Assembly (NCBI GenBank): GCA_963823655.1
Contig: CAWGMK010000010.1
Span: 425,755-457,754, forward strand
Source: an uncultured Bacillota bacterium
Lineage (GTDB): Bacteria; Bacillota; DTU025; MWDF01
Direction: 5' to 3'
Length of the DNA stretch: 32,000 nucleotides
Part shown: one piece after another, positions 9,783 through 18,487 of the stretch
Layout of the letters: every line of letters starts with the position of its first letter
Position numbering within the stretch: position 1 is the first letter of the stretch
Program-made: the position numbers and the translations under genes
Notes under the pieces: generated by a model
Told to the model about the DNA's origin: nothing
Databases searched by the model: none
Seen by the model: the letters and a program-made list of their open reading frames with translations, nothing else

Positions 9783-10831
9783 TGAATTTAATATTGATCG
9801 CCTTTTTCCTTGCGACGGCACTGTCGCTGGCATTGACTCCGGCGGTCGGATACCTTGCCAGGAAGACCGGGGTAGTCGACGTTCCGCGCGGAAGGCACGC
9901 GCATGAGAAGCCAATACCGCTGATGGGCGGCCTTGCCATTTTCATCGCCTTCGTGGCAACCGTACTTATGAGGCTTGGCGTTACAGGCTGGGTCCTGGGG
10001 CTTATCCTGGGAAGCAGCGTGATCATGCTCACAGGCATAGTAGATGACATCTTCGAGCTGAAGCCGCTTGCGAAGCTTGCAGGCCAGATAACAGGCGCCG
10101 TCGTCATGGTGGCGATGGGAGTGCGCATGGAATTCGTGTCCAACCCGTTCGGCGGGATAGTGCACTTAAGCTGGCTTTCCTATCCTTTCAGCGTAATTTG
10201 GATACTGTCTTTCGTCAATGCCATTAACCTCATCGACGGGCTGGATGGGCTAGCCTCGGGCGTAGTCGGCATAGGCTCGATGTCGCTGGGCCTCATCGCT
10301 TTCAGCAAAGGGCACATAGATGTCGCGATACTCGCAGTCATCCTTTCAGGCTCCTGCATCGGCTTCCTATGGCACAACTTCAACCCCGCCCAGATTTTCA
10401 TGGGGGATACGGGAGCGCTCTTCATAGGCTCGGTCATGGGAGGAATCAGCGCGGTCGGAGCCATAAAGGGCCCTGCCACGATGACTATCGCCGTCCCGGT
10501 CGTGATATTGGGCGTTGCCGTAGTGGATACGGCACTTGCCATATTAAGGCGCATCGAGAACAACGTGAGCATAGGCGAGGGAGATTATGACCACTTCCAT
10601 TACTGGCTGGTTAAGCACGGCCTAACGGTCAGACAGGCGGTCGGCATAATCTATGCGCTGACTATTGCCCTTTCAGTAGTCGCCTACTTCATATCCAGCC
10701 AGAAATCGACCCCCGCGGGCTGGTTTATTGCCTTCGGCGCGTTTGCGGTGCTCATCATCGCAGGTGCGATGGTGGGGATGATAAAGCTCGGCAGGCTGGG
10801 CAGATGGATCAAGGAAAGGCGGAAATCCTAG
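9782..10831 (+). CDS. wecA: Glycosyltransferase family 4 polyprenyl-phosphate GlcNAc-1-phosphate transferase (WecA/TagO-like, MraY superfamily)
   Basis: About 10 hydrophobic segments plus the motifs GIVDDIFELKP, NAINLIDGLDGLASG and NFNPAQIFMGDTGALFIG. Its ATG shares one nt with the upstream TGA. Confidence 0.85.
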   Translation: MNLILIAFFLATALSLALTPAVGYLARKTGVVDVPRGRHAHEKPIPLMGGLAIFIAFVATVLMRLGVTGWVLGLILGSSVIMLTGIVDDIFELKPLAKLAGQITGAVVMVAMGVRMEFVSNPFGGIVHLSWLSYPFSVIWILSFVNAINLIDGLDGLASGVVGIGSMSLGLIAFSKGHIDVAILAVILSGSCIGFLWHNFNPAQIFMGDTGALFIGSVMGGISAVGAIKGPATMTIAVPVVILGVAVVDTALAILRRIENNVSIGEGDYDHFHYWLVKHGLTVRQAVGIIYALTIALSVVAYFISSQKSTPAGWFIAFGAFAVLIIAGAMVGMIKLGRLGRWIKERRKS

Positions 10832-11974
10832 ATGCCAAGGGTCATGGCGGTATTCGGAACCAGGCCGGACACCATAAAGATGATGCCTGTCATAGAGGCC
10901 ATAAAGGCGCATCCAGCAGATTTCGAGCTGTTCTCATTGTCGACCGGCCAGCACAGGCAGATGCTTGACGACGTCCTGAGGGTGTTCGGCGTGGAGCCGG
11001 ACCTCGACTTGGACATCATGAGGCCGGACCAGACCCTAAGCGACATCGTTACCAGGGGGCTTCCGGCCATAGGCGCTGTTATCAAGGACATTTCACCCGA
11101 TCTGGTGCTTGTGCACGGCGATACCTCCACGGGCTTTACCGCCTCTCTTGCGGCGTTCTACGCAGGCGTCAAATCGGCCCATGTAGAGGCCGGCTTGAGG
11201 ACATTCGATAAATGGAACCCATTCCCCGAGGAGATGAACAGGAAGCTCATAGGTTCCCTTGCCGACTTGCACTTCGCGCCGCTAAAAACCCACAGGGCGA
11301 ACCTGCTGGCAGAGGGCGTAAAGCCCGATGGCATCTACGTGACGGGAAACACTGCGGTCGACGCCGTACTGAGGACGTCCGAGAAGGTCAAAGACCTCGA
11401 GAATGCCGAGCTGGAAGGCGCGATATATGGCTCCGGAAGGCTGATACTGGTAACCGCGCACAGAAGAGAGAGCATCGGCGCAGGGATCGAGGGCATATGC
11501 CTTGCCGTGAAGAGGATACTGGGCAAATACCGGGATGTCAGGATATTGTTCCCCGTGCATCCTAACCCCAGGGTCTCCGGTACAGTCCACAGGATACTCG
11601 ACGGCGAAAACCGGTGCCACCTGGTGAGCCCGATGTCCTATCCGGACATGGTGCTTGCCATGAAGAGCTCGTACTTCTGCATGAGCGATTTGGGCGGCAT
11701 ACAGGAGGAGGCGCCTTCCCTTGGAAAGCCCGTCCTTGTGCTGCGGGAGTGCACCGAAAGGCCCGAGGGGCTGGCCGCAGGCACGCTAAAGCTTGCCGGC
11801 GTATCGCCCGACAGGATATTCGAGCTGGCAAGCCTGCTTCTTGAGGATGAGGGCGAATACAGGAAGATGGCGGCAAGCCGCAACCCGTTTGGCGACGGCA
11901 AAGCCTCGGACAGGATAATACAGGCGATTTTACACAGCGCGGGCCAGGCCTCAAGGCCGGCAGATTACGAATAG
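10832..11974 (+). CDS. wecB: UDP-N-acetylglucosamine 2-epimerase (non-hydrolysing), WecB/MnaA
   Basis: VFGTRPDTIKMMPV, TGQHRQMLDDVL, VLVHGDTST, HVEAGLRT, GGIQEEAPSLGKPVLVLRECTERPEG. It starts directly after the wecA stop. Confidence 0.9.
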   Translation: MPRVMAVFGTRPDTIKMMPVIEAIKAHPADFELFSLSTGQHRQMLDDVLRVFGVEPDLDLDIMRPDQTLSDIVTRGLPAIGAVIKDISPDLVLVHGDTSTGFTASLAAFYAGVKSAHVEAGLRTFDKWNPFPEEMNRKLIGSLADLHFAPLKTHRANLLAEGVKPDGIYVTGNTAVDAVLRTSEKVKDLENAELEGAIYGSGRLILVTAHRRESIGAGIEGICLAVKRILGKYRDVRILFPVHPNPRVSGTVHRILDGENRCHLVSPMSYPDMVLAMKSSYFCMSDLGGIQEEAPSLGKPVLVLRECTERPEGLAAGTLKLAGVSPDRIFELASLLLEDEGEYRKMAASRNPFGDGKASDRIIQAILHSAGQASRPADYE

Positions 11975-11987
11975 TCAACCGAAAGGC

Positions 11988-13253
11988 GTGAACGATATGG
12001 AACTTAGCACCTTGATCGTCGAAGGCGGAAGGAGAATGGAAGGAAGCGTGAGGGTGGGCGGGGCCAAAAACTCGTCTCTGCCCCTTATAGCCGCAGCTTT
12101 GCTTCCAAACGGCGTGTCCGTCATTGAGGACGTACCGAGGCTTAAGGATATAGAGACGATGCGAGGCGTCATCGAGGCGCTCGGGGCGAGGATAATCATG
12201 GACGGCAATGTGATGTCTGTGGACTCCTCCGGCATCAACGGCAACGAGCCCCCCTACGAGATGGTGAGATCCATGCGGGCATCTTTCCTTGTGATGGGCC
12301 CGCTTCTTGCCAGGATGGGCAGCGCCCACATATTCCAGCCGGGCGGCTGCGCGATAGGCGCAAGGCCCATTGACCTGCACCTGAAGGGCTTCGCCGCCCT
12401 TGGCGCAAGCGTTGATATGAGCGGAGGCGTCGTCAAGGCAAGCGTTGCCGGAAGGCTTAAGGGCGAGAGGGTCTACCTGGACTTTCCTAGCGTGGGCGCC
12501 ACGGAGAACATAATGATGGCGGCAGCTACAGCCGACGGCAGGACCTTAATTGAAAACGCAGCGAGGGAGCCTGAAATCGTTGACCTGGCCAACTTCCTGA
12601 ATAAAATGGGCGGCAAGGTCAGAGGCGCCGGCACCCCTGTTATAAGAATTGACGGAGTCGAAAACCTGGCTCCGACCTCCCATACGGTCATACCCGACAG
12701 GATAGAAGCGGGCACTTTCATGATAATCGCAGCTACGACGCAAGGCAGCCTCTACATAGACAATGTCGTCAGCGAACACTTGAAGCCACTGGAGGCAAAG
12801 CTATTGGAGGCGGGAGCCCAGATAGAGAACTTCGAAGGCGCCATAAAAGTGAGCGCCGACAAGAGGCTCAAAGCCGTCGATATTACGACGATGCCCTACC
12901 CCGGTTTCCCGACCGACATGCAAGCGCAGCTTATGGCACTTCTTTGCACGGCGGACGGAACATCCCAGGTCACCGAGAACGTCTTCGAGAACAGATTTAT
13001 GCACGCCCCGGAGCTTTCAAGGATGGGCGCTAATGTCAAGATAACCGGAAGGACCGCCATAGTCGAAGGCGTACCGAAGCTCACCGGCGCACATGTGAAC
13101 GCGACTGATTTGAGGGCCTCCGCGTCGCTTGTTACCGCGGCCCTGGTGGCCGAAGGAGAGACCCACATACACAACATTTCGCATCTGGACAGGGGATATG
13201 AGAACTTCGAGGGGCGGCTTGCCAAATGCGGCGCCAGGATGAGAAGGGAGTAG
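11988..13253 (+). CDS. murA: UDP-N-acetylglucosamine 1-carboxyvinyltransferase
   Basis: VGGAKNSSLPLIAAALL, active-site loop QPGGCAIGARPIDLHLKG, FPTDMQAQLMAL, HLDRGYENFEGRL. Start is GTG 11988 or ATG 11997. Confidence 0.93.
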   Translation: MNDMELSTLIVEGGRRMEGSVRVGGAKNSSLPLIAAALLPNGVSVIEDVPRLKDIETMRGVIEALGARIIMDGNVMSVDSSGINGNEPPYEMVRSMRASFLVMGPLLARMGSAHIFQPGGCAIGARPIDLHLKGFAALGASVDMSGGVVKASVAGRLKGERVYLDFPSVGATENIMMAAATADGRTLIENAAREPEIVDLANFLNKMGGKVRGAGTPVIRIDGVENLAPTSHTVIPDRIEAGTFMIIAATTQGSLYIDNVVSEHLKPLEAKLLEAGAQIENFEGAIKVSADKRLKAVDITTMPYPGFPTDMQAQLMALLCTADGTSQVTENVFENRFMHAPELSRMGANVKITGRTAIVEGVPKLTGAHVNATDLRASASLVTAALVAEGETHIHNISHLDRGYENFEGRLAKCGARMRRE

Positions 13254-13258
13254 ATTTG

Positions 13259-15074
13259 ATGCGCAAGCCCAAAATTAACTCCCTGATGCTCCTGCTGGCC
13301 GGGCTAATGGCAATTTCGCTGGCTGCAGTGTCCAATGCCGCGCCCAGCTATATGGACCCGAAGGACGCGAAGGCGGGCATGTCGGGCGAGGGGTTGACCG
13401 TATTCTATGGAAGTGAGCCATCGCCTTTCAGCTTCAGGGTGATTGCAGTCACAAAAGGAGATTCCGGCCTTTCGGACCTTATTATCATCAAGGTGGGTGG
13501 CAAGCAGGTGGACGAGATTGGCGGCATCGCGGCGGGAATGAGCGGGAGCCCATGTTACATCAGGCGACAGGCTCCTGGGGCGCTGTCGCATGTGCTTGAG
13601 GGCCCGGATGCCAGCATTGGAATAATCACTCCCATGAGCCAGATGGTCAAAATACTGGAAGCCTACAAGTTCGCAAGCCTGTACGAGACTATAGAGGTAG
13701 AAGGCTGGGGGACATTCAAACCTGCGGCCGGGCCCATGTGGGTGGGAGGACTTAATTCCAGGGGTTTGGGCCTTCTGCAGTCCCGCCTTGGGGTTTTGGG
13801 CTTCGCAGCTGCCCCTCTTCCGCTCGGCACAGGCATCAGCATAGGCCAGAATACGCCCTATGCTGCAGGCTCTTCCATAGCGGTGCAGTTGTGCAACGGA
13901 GACATAGAGGCCGGAAGCATCGGCACTGTGACATGGTCGGACGGCAAGAGCTTCCTTGCCATGGGCCATCCCTTCATGAACCTCGGCGAAGTGGGATTCC
14001 CGATGTCGAAATCCCAGGTGCTTGCAGTGCTCCCTTCGGATGATTTTCCCTTCAAGCTGGGAACTTTCGAGAATCCCGGAGCTATAGTGACCCAAGACCG
14101 GGCCTCAGGCATAGCGGGGCTCATCGGACTTGAGGCACAGATGACGCAAGTGCAGATCACAGTAAACGACATGCAGACCGGCAGGAAGAGCACCTCCAAT
14201 TTCAGCTGCGTGCCGGATGCCAGGCTCATCGAGGGGCTAATAAGCTCCGGGCTCCTATCGGTCGTGGACAGCACGATCATGAGGGTGGGAGAGGGGACGG
14301 CATTCATAACGGTATCCATGGACGTATCGGGAATGAAGCTTCTCAGGGAAGATATGGTATGGTCTGCCTCGGACATTGCAGGCTACGCATCCTTCGAGCT
14401 GTCGGACATATTAAGCATGATTCTTGGAAATGACGTCGACGAGCCTGCAATAGCAGACATTTCGGTAAGCCTGGACATCGCGCCCGTCAGGCTGACATCC
14501 TCGATACTGGAATTGAAGCTTCCGGAAGGGGGCTTCAAGGCCGGCGAATCTAGCTCGGATCGGAGTAGTGATAAGGCCCTTCCGTGAAGTAGCCTATACG
14601 GAATATGTCGAAATCGAGATCCCTCAGGGGGTTCAACCCGGAAATATCGTAGTCGTTGTACGAGGAGGTTCCTCCGAGGACGATGCGGAAGTATATACTA
14701 TTGTGGATAAGGTCGGCGAAACCGAAGGCGTAGCGCTAGTAGACATGCTGGAGGCAATAGAAGGCGCCGAGCAGAACAACGAGCTGATAATCGAGATCAG
14801 ATACGCCCTTGACGAGGAGTCGACTGGCACTGACGAAGGTTATGTGGAAACGGAATCCGAGGAGGAGGAGCCCCTCTACTCCGCGGGAATTGTGATTTCA
14901 GAGCATCATAAGAGGGTATGTTTCAGTGGAATCAGAGATAAAATAGGGGCTGAATCGATAAACGGGAACGGACTCGGTCCTTCCAGACGTTTCTTCTTTA
15001 GTGACTTTAAGCTTAAGAGGAGCCGTATGAGCCGGGACCGGACAAAAGTTAGCGCAACCGTCAGGAGGTACTAA
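13259..15074 (+). CDS. Secreted SpoIVB/peptidase-S55-like protein; reading frame broken as assembled (fragments 13259..14587 and 14568..15074)
   Basis: Signal peptide MRKPKINSLMLLLAGLMAISLAAVSNA (ATG 13259, aagggag upstream). The motif IGGIAAGMSGSP...ALSHV...GIITPMSQM resembles the SpoIVB serine region [25 protein letters not shown] (recalled from memory). Frame 2 stops at 14587, while frame 3 is open from 14517 and continues as ...IRPFREVAYTEYVEIEIPQGVQPGNIVVVVRGGS. The junction therefore lies in 14517-14585, where a G5 run at 14528-14532 is a candidate site. The last ~55 codons look non-protein-like. Confidence 0.55.
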
Positions 15075-15075
15075 G

Positions 15076-16785
15076 ATGATAAGAGGCGGCAAAGGCAGGG
15101 CAGTCATAATCCTTTTGGCAGCCATGGGTCTAGTCGTAGCAGCGTCTGCTCTGGCATCGGCCCAGTCTTACGGCAGGCTTGCCAGCATAGAGATCGAAGG
15201 CAACAGGAAACTGGATGCCGAATTTATAAAAAGCCTGATGCCATTGACCATAGGGATGGATTTGACACAGGAGGACCTGGACAAGACCTTCGCGGCGATG
15301 CAGGCAAGCGGATATTTCGCCGATCTGGGGGCGCGTTCGCAGTCTTTCCTGGGCGGAATCAAGCTCATTGTCACGGTGGAGGAATTCCCGGACCTCAATA
15401 CGATAGCAATCTCCGGCAATACGCTAATAAGCACGGAGCAGCTGCTATCTCGCATGAAGTCCACTGTTGGCAAGATGATCAACATAAACACCGTCAAGGA
15501 GGACCTGGACGGGATAATCGCCCTCTACAAGGAGGATAACAGGATTGCCACCGTCCAACCCGACATCAGCATGGACGGGGTGCTGACCATAGTTATAATC
15601 GAATGGAAGGTCGGCTTGGTACAGATTACCGGAAACGAGAAGACGAAAGAGGAGATTATCAGGAGGAACATCAGGGTAACAGAAGGCGACTTCATCGATA
15701 CCCAGGTCCTTTCTGATGACAGCCGCCGCATATACAACACGGCGATATTCGAGGATGTGGGAGTCGAGCTTCTGCCCAAAGACGAGGGCCCGTATGCCGA
15801 CATCACATTCGTGGTCACGGAGACTAAGACGGGGCTTTTCAATGTCGGCGCAACTTACAACTCGGCTGAAGGCCTCATCGGCTACATAGAAGTATCCGAC
15901 AAGAACGTATTCGGCTACGGCATCACAGTTTCCGGCAAGCTGGAGGCGGGCGGCAAGGAGAAGCAGATCCTCGGCGAATTCAGCATATCTACGCCGTACC
16001 TGTTCACAGACAAGCTCAGCGGAGGCCTCGAAGTGTACCGCAAGATGGCCAACAAGACCATAGACATAGATGAGGACGAAGAGGAGAACGACCTCGACGA
16101 TCTCATCTACAAGCAGTACAGGACCGGCGGCAGCATATGGATGGGATACAATTTCGACCTGTACACCAAGGCGGGTGCGTCTTTCAGGGTCGATTTCATT
16201 GAGAACCAGTCTGAGTTGCCATCTCCCGCAGTGCCGGCCGATACATCCACCAGGAGCATCACGCTGTCTCTTAACAGGGATACCAGGAACGACTTCATTA
16301 ACCCCACCAAGGGATACACCATCTTCGCCTCTACGGAGTTCGCAGGCGGCATTCTAGGCGGGGACGACAATTTCACCAAGCTCTTCACCCAGCTGACGGG
16401 CTACTATGAGTTCAAGGACGGCCAGGTGATAGCGGGGCGCCTCGGCGCTGGCGCCGGTATAAAGCCGCTTCCCTCACATGTTAAGTTCCTGCTTGGCGGC
16501 GGGGACAACCTAAGAGGCCTCAAAGAGCCCATAGAGGGCGACTATATAGTATTCGGCAATGCCGAGTACAGGTTCCGCATCTATGAGGAGATCGTCGGCG
16601 GCGTGGTATTCTTCGACCTCGGCCAGGCCTGGAACAAGGGCGAGGGCTTCACATTGGACGGGATGAAGTACGGCGTCGGCATAGGCGCAAGGGTCACAAT
16701 ACCGATGCTCGGGATGATAAGGCTCGACTACGGCATCTCAAACGGTCAGGGCCGGGTGTATTTCGGCTTCGGTCATACGTTCTAA
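15076..16785 (+). CDS. bamA: Outer membrane protein assembly factor BamA (Omp85 family), short form with about 3 POTRA repeats
   Basis: Signal peptide ...AASALASAQS. POTRA-like repeats (IEIEGNRKLDAEFIKSLM..., IAISGNTLISTEQLLSRM..., VQITGNEKTKEEIIRRNI...). C-terminal barrel with GGGDNLRG and NAEYRF, ending in ...VYFGFGHTF (terminal Phe). aggagg lies 7 nt upstream of the ATG. Confidence 0.88.
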   Translation: MIRGGKGRAVIILLAAMGLVVAASALASAQSYGRLASIEIEGNRKLDAEFIKSLMPLTIGMDLTQEDLDKTFAAMQASGYFADLGARSQSFLGGIKLIVTVEEFPDLNTIAISGNTLISTEQLLSRMKSTVGKMININTVKEDLDGIIALYKEDNRIATVQPDISMDGVLTIVIIEWKVGLVQITGNEKTKEEIIRRNIRVTEGDFIDTQVLSDDSRRIYNTAIFEDVGVELLPKDEGPYADITFVVTETKTGLFNVGATYNSAEGLIGYIEVSDKNVFGYGITVSGKLEAGGKEKQILGEFSISTPYLFTDKLSGGLEVYRKMANKTIDIDEDEEENDLDDLIYKQYRTGGSIWMGYNFDLYTKAGASFRVDFIENQSELPSPAVPADTSTRSITLSLNRDTRNDFINPTKGYTIFASTEFAGGILGGDDNFTKLFTQLTGYYEFKDGQVIAGRLGAGAGIKPLPSHVKFLLGGGDNLRGLKEPIEGDYIVFGNAEYRFRIYEEIVGGVVFFDLGQAWNKGEGFTLDGMKYGVGIGARVTIPMLGMIRLDYGISNGQGRVYFGFGHTF

Positions 16786-16792
16786 TATATGA

Positions 16793-16837
16793 ATGACAAC
16801 TCAGGCAACTGAGAATTATAATTAAATATGTTGTCAT
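16793..16837 (+). promoter_or_regulatory. Candidate sigma70-type promoter for skp (-35 atgaca, 18-nt spacer, -10 tataat) bracketed by an 8-bp inverted repeat
   Basis: atgaca at 16793-16798 and tataat at 16817-16822. atgacaac (16793-16800) is the exact reverse complement of gttgtcat (16830-16837). The region sits in an AT-rich 85-nt gap between bamA and skp. Confidence 0.45.
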
Positions 16838-16870
16838 AAATTATCTAAATGAGAGGATGGTCAGTCCCAG

Positions 16871-17329
16871 ATGAAGAACCTTTTTAGAAACACGACGGCA
16901 GTAATAATGGCAATCGCTTTGGTGGCAGTGGCCGCTACAATCAGCAACCTTACGACAGGCAAGGCAGGCGCCGCCCCCGACTACGCGGTAATAGGCCATA
17001 TAGATACCGACAAGCTCAACTCCGATTTCCCGATGCTCAAGACGGCATGGGAGGCGGTCGCGGCCAAGAAGGCAGAGCTTGAGAAGGAACTTAACAAGAA
17101 GGCCGAAGGGCAGGACGCCGACGCTAAGGCGAAGCTTGTTGAGCAGTTCAACGTGCTTTACAACGACTACGCCAAGAAGACACTCGATCCCGCCTACGCC
17201 AAGCTCGAGACGACAGTCAAGGAAGTGGCCAAGGAAAAGGGAGTGACCGTGATCCTCAACAGCTCGATAGTCATCGAGGGCGGCGTCGACATGACCGATG
17301 CAGTCCTGGCTAAGGGCGGCCTTAAGTAG
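16871..17329 (+). CDS. skp: Periplasmic chaperone Skp/OmpH family
   Basis: 152 aa with an N-terminal hydrophobic signal and a Lys/Glu/Ala-rich helical core (AAKKAELEKELNKKAEGQDADAKAKLVEQF). The C-terminus VAKEKGVTVILNSSIVIEGGVDMTDAVL is typical of OmpH. It lies immediately downstream of bamA. Confidence 0.8.
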   Translation: MKNLFRNTTAVIMAIALVAVAATISNLTTGKAGAAPDYAVIGHIDTDKLNSDFPMLKTAWEAVAAKKAELEKELNKKAEGQDADAKAKLVEQFNVLYNDYAKKTLDPAYAKLETTVKEVAKEKGVTVILNSSIVIEGGVDMTDAVLAKGGLK

Positions 17330-17347
17330 TATTCGCCAACTGTACAG

Positions 17348-17378
17348 AAAGGGGCGCGTTTAGGCGCCCCTTTATTCA
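17348..17378 (+). terminator. Rho-independent terminator after skp
   Basis: aaaggggcgc (17348-17357) pairs with gcgccccttt (17364-17373), loop gtttag, followed by attc. The 3' arm supplies the T-tract. Confidence 0.7.
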
Positions 17379-17401
17379 CATAAGTGACAGGAGTTGCCTC
17401 A

Positions 17402-18487
17402 ATGAGGAAGCTTGACCGGTATGTGGCGCGGGAGTTCCTAGGCCCATTCTTTGCCGCAATAACCGCGTTCATCGTCATATCCCTCAGCGTCCAGCTCTTC
17501 TGGCTGGCCGAAATGGTCGTGGTCAAGCACACCCCCCTTGCGACCGTATTGAAGCTCATACTCTACAACATACCCACAGCACTGGTACAAGTTCTCCCCT
17601 TCGCCACCCTTTTTGCGGTCCTGCTAGGATTGGGCAGGCTAAGCCGGGACAGCGAGCTTTCGATAATGAGAGCCGCAGGCCTCAGGCTTTCCAGGATCGC
17701 AGCCCCCATGATATTCATAGCGCTTCTTATCAGCGCATTCGGCTTCTATATGGGCGACCAGGTGGCCCCCAAGGCCAATTTGGAATCGCGCAACATCGTA
17801 AACAGGATGATCCTGGGCGACAGCATACCGGGGATTGAGAACAACGTCTTCTTCCGCGGGCCCGACAACAAGTTCTTCTATATCGGCCGGGTGAGCGAGG
17901 ACAGGGCGACTGTCCAGGACATCATGATATATGACATCGGATACGGGAAGTACCCGCAGCTGATAACAGCGGCCAAGGGGCAGGCGGACTCTGGAGTATG
18001 GGTATTCCTCGACGGCAACATCCATGAGTGCGGTTCGGACGGAAGGGTAGTATCGACGGCCCATTTCGATTCGCTGGAAATCAGGATGGAGCGCGCGGTC
18101 ACAGATTATACGAATTCCGGCAGGACAACCTCCGAAATGTCGATGAAGCAGCTTAAAGAGAGCATCTCGCTCTTCACGAAAAGCGGCATCAAGGCCAAGA
18201 ACCTTCTCATAGACTACTACCTCAAGATCGCCCAGCCCATCTCATCCCTGATTTTTGCAATACTGGCAGTGCCTCTTGCAGTACGAAGCCCCAGGCGCGG
18301 AGGGGCCGTCTACAGCATCGCCGCCGGCATACTTATCGTTACCTTGTACTTCATATTCGAATCGGTGATACGCTCGTACGGAATGCTCCAGGCGACAAGG
18401 CTTCAGCCCTGGATGGCGGCATGGTCCGCTGACATCATCTTTATGGTGGTGGCCCTCATCCTTCTTATAAGGGCGGATTCGAAGAGG
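17402..18487 (+). CDS. LptF/LptG-family LPS export permease module; no stop codon at its end, reads in-frame into the LptD-like module
   Basis: ATG 17402 (aggag 8 nt upstream) gives MRKLDRYVAREFLGPFF, a typical YjgP/YjgQ N-terminus. There are three TM segments, a periplasmic insert (NVFFRGPDNKFFYIGRVSEDRATVQDIMIYD...VWVFLDGNIHE), then three more TM segments ending ...IIFMVVALILLIRADSKR. The track ORF 17384..19267 is continuous through this point. Confidence 0.8.

Noticed and set aside
11562-12380. 272-aa minus-strand ORF, and similar ones at 13304..14095, 5667..6305 and 6293..6982
   Set aside because: All sit antisense to strongly supported + strand genes (wecB/murA, S55-like, prfA, prmC). 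They are Arg/Pro/Ser/Cys-rich with no motifs, so they are treated as frame shadows.
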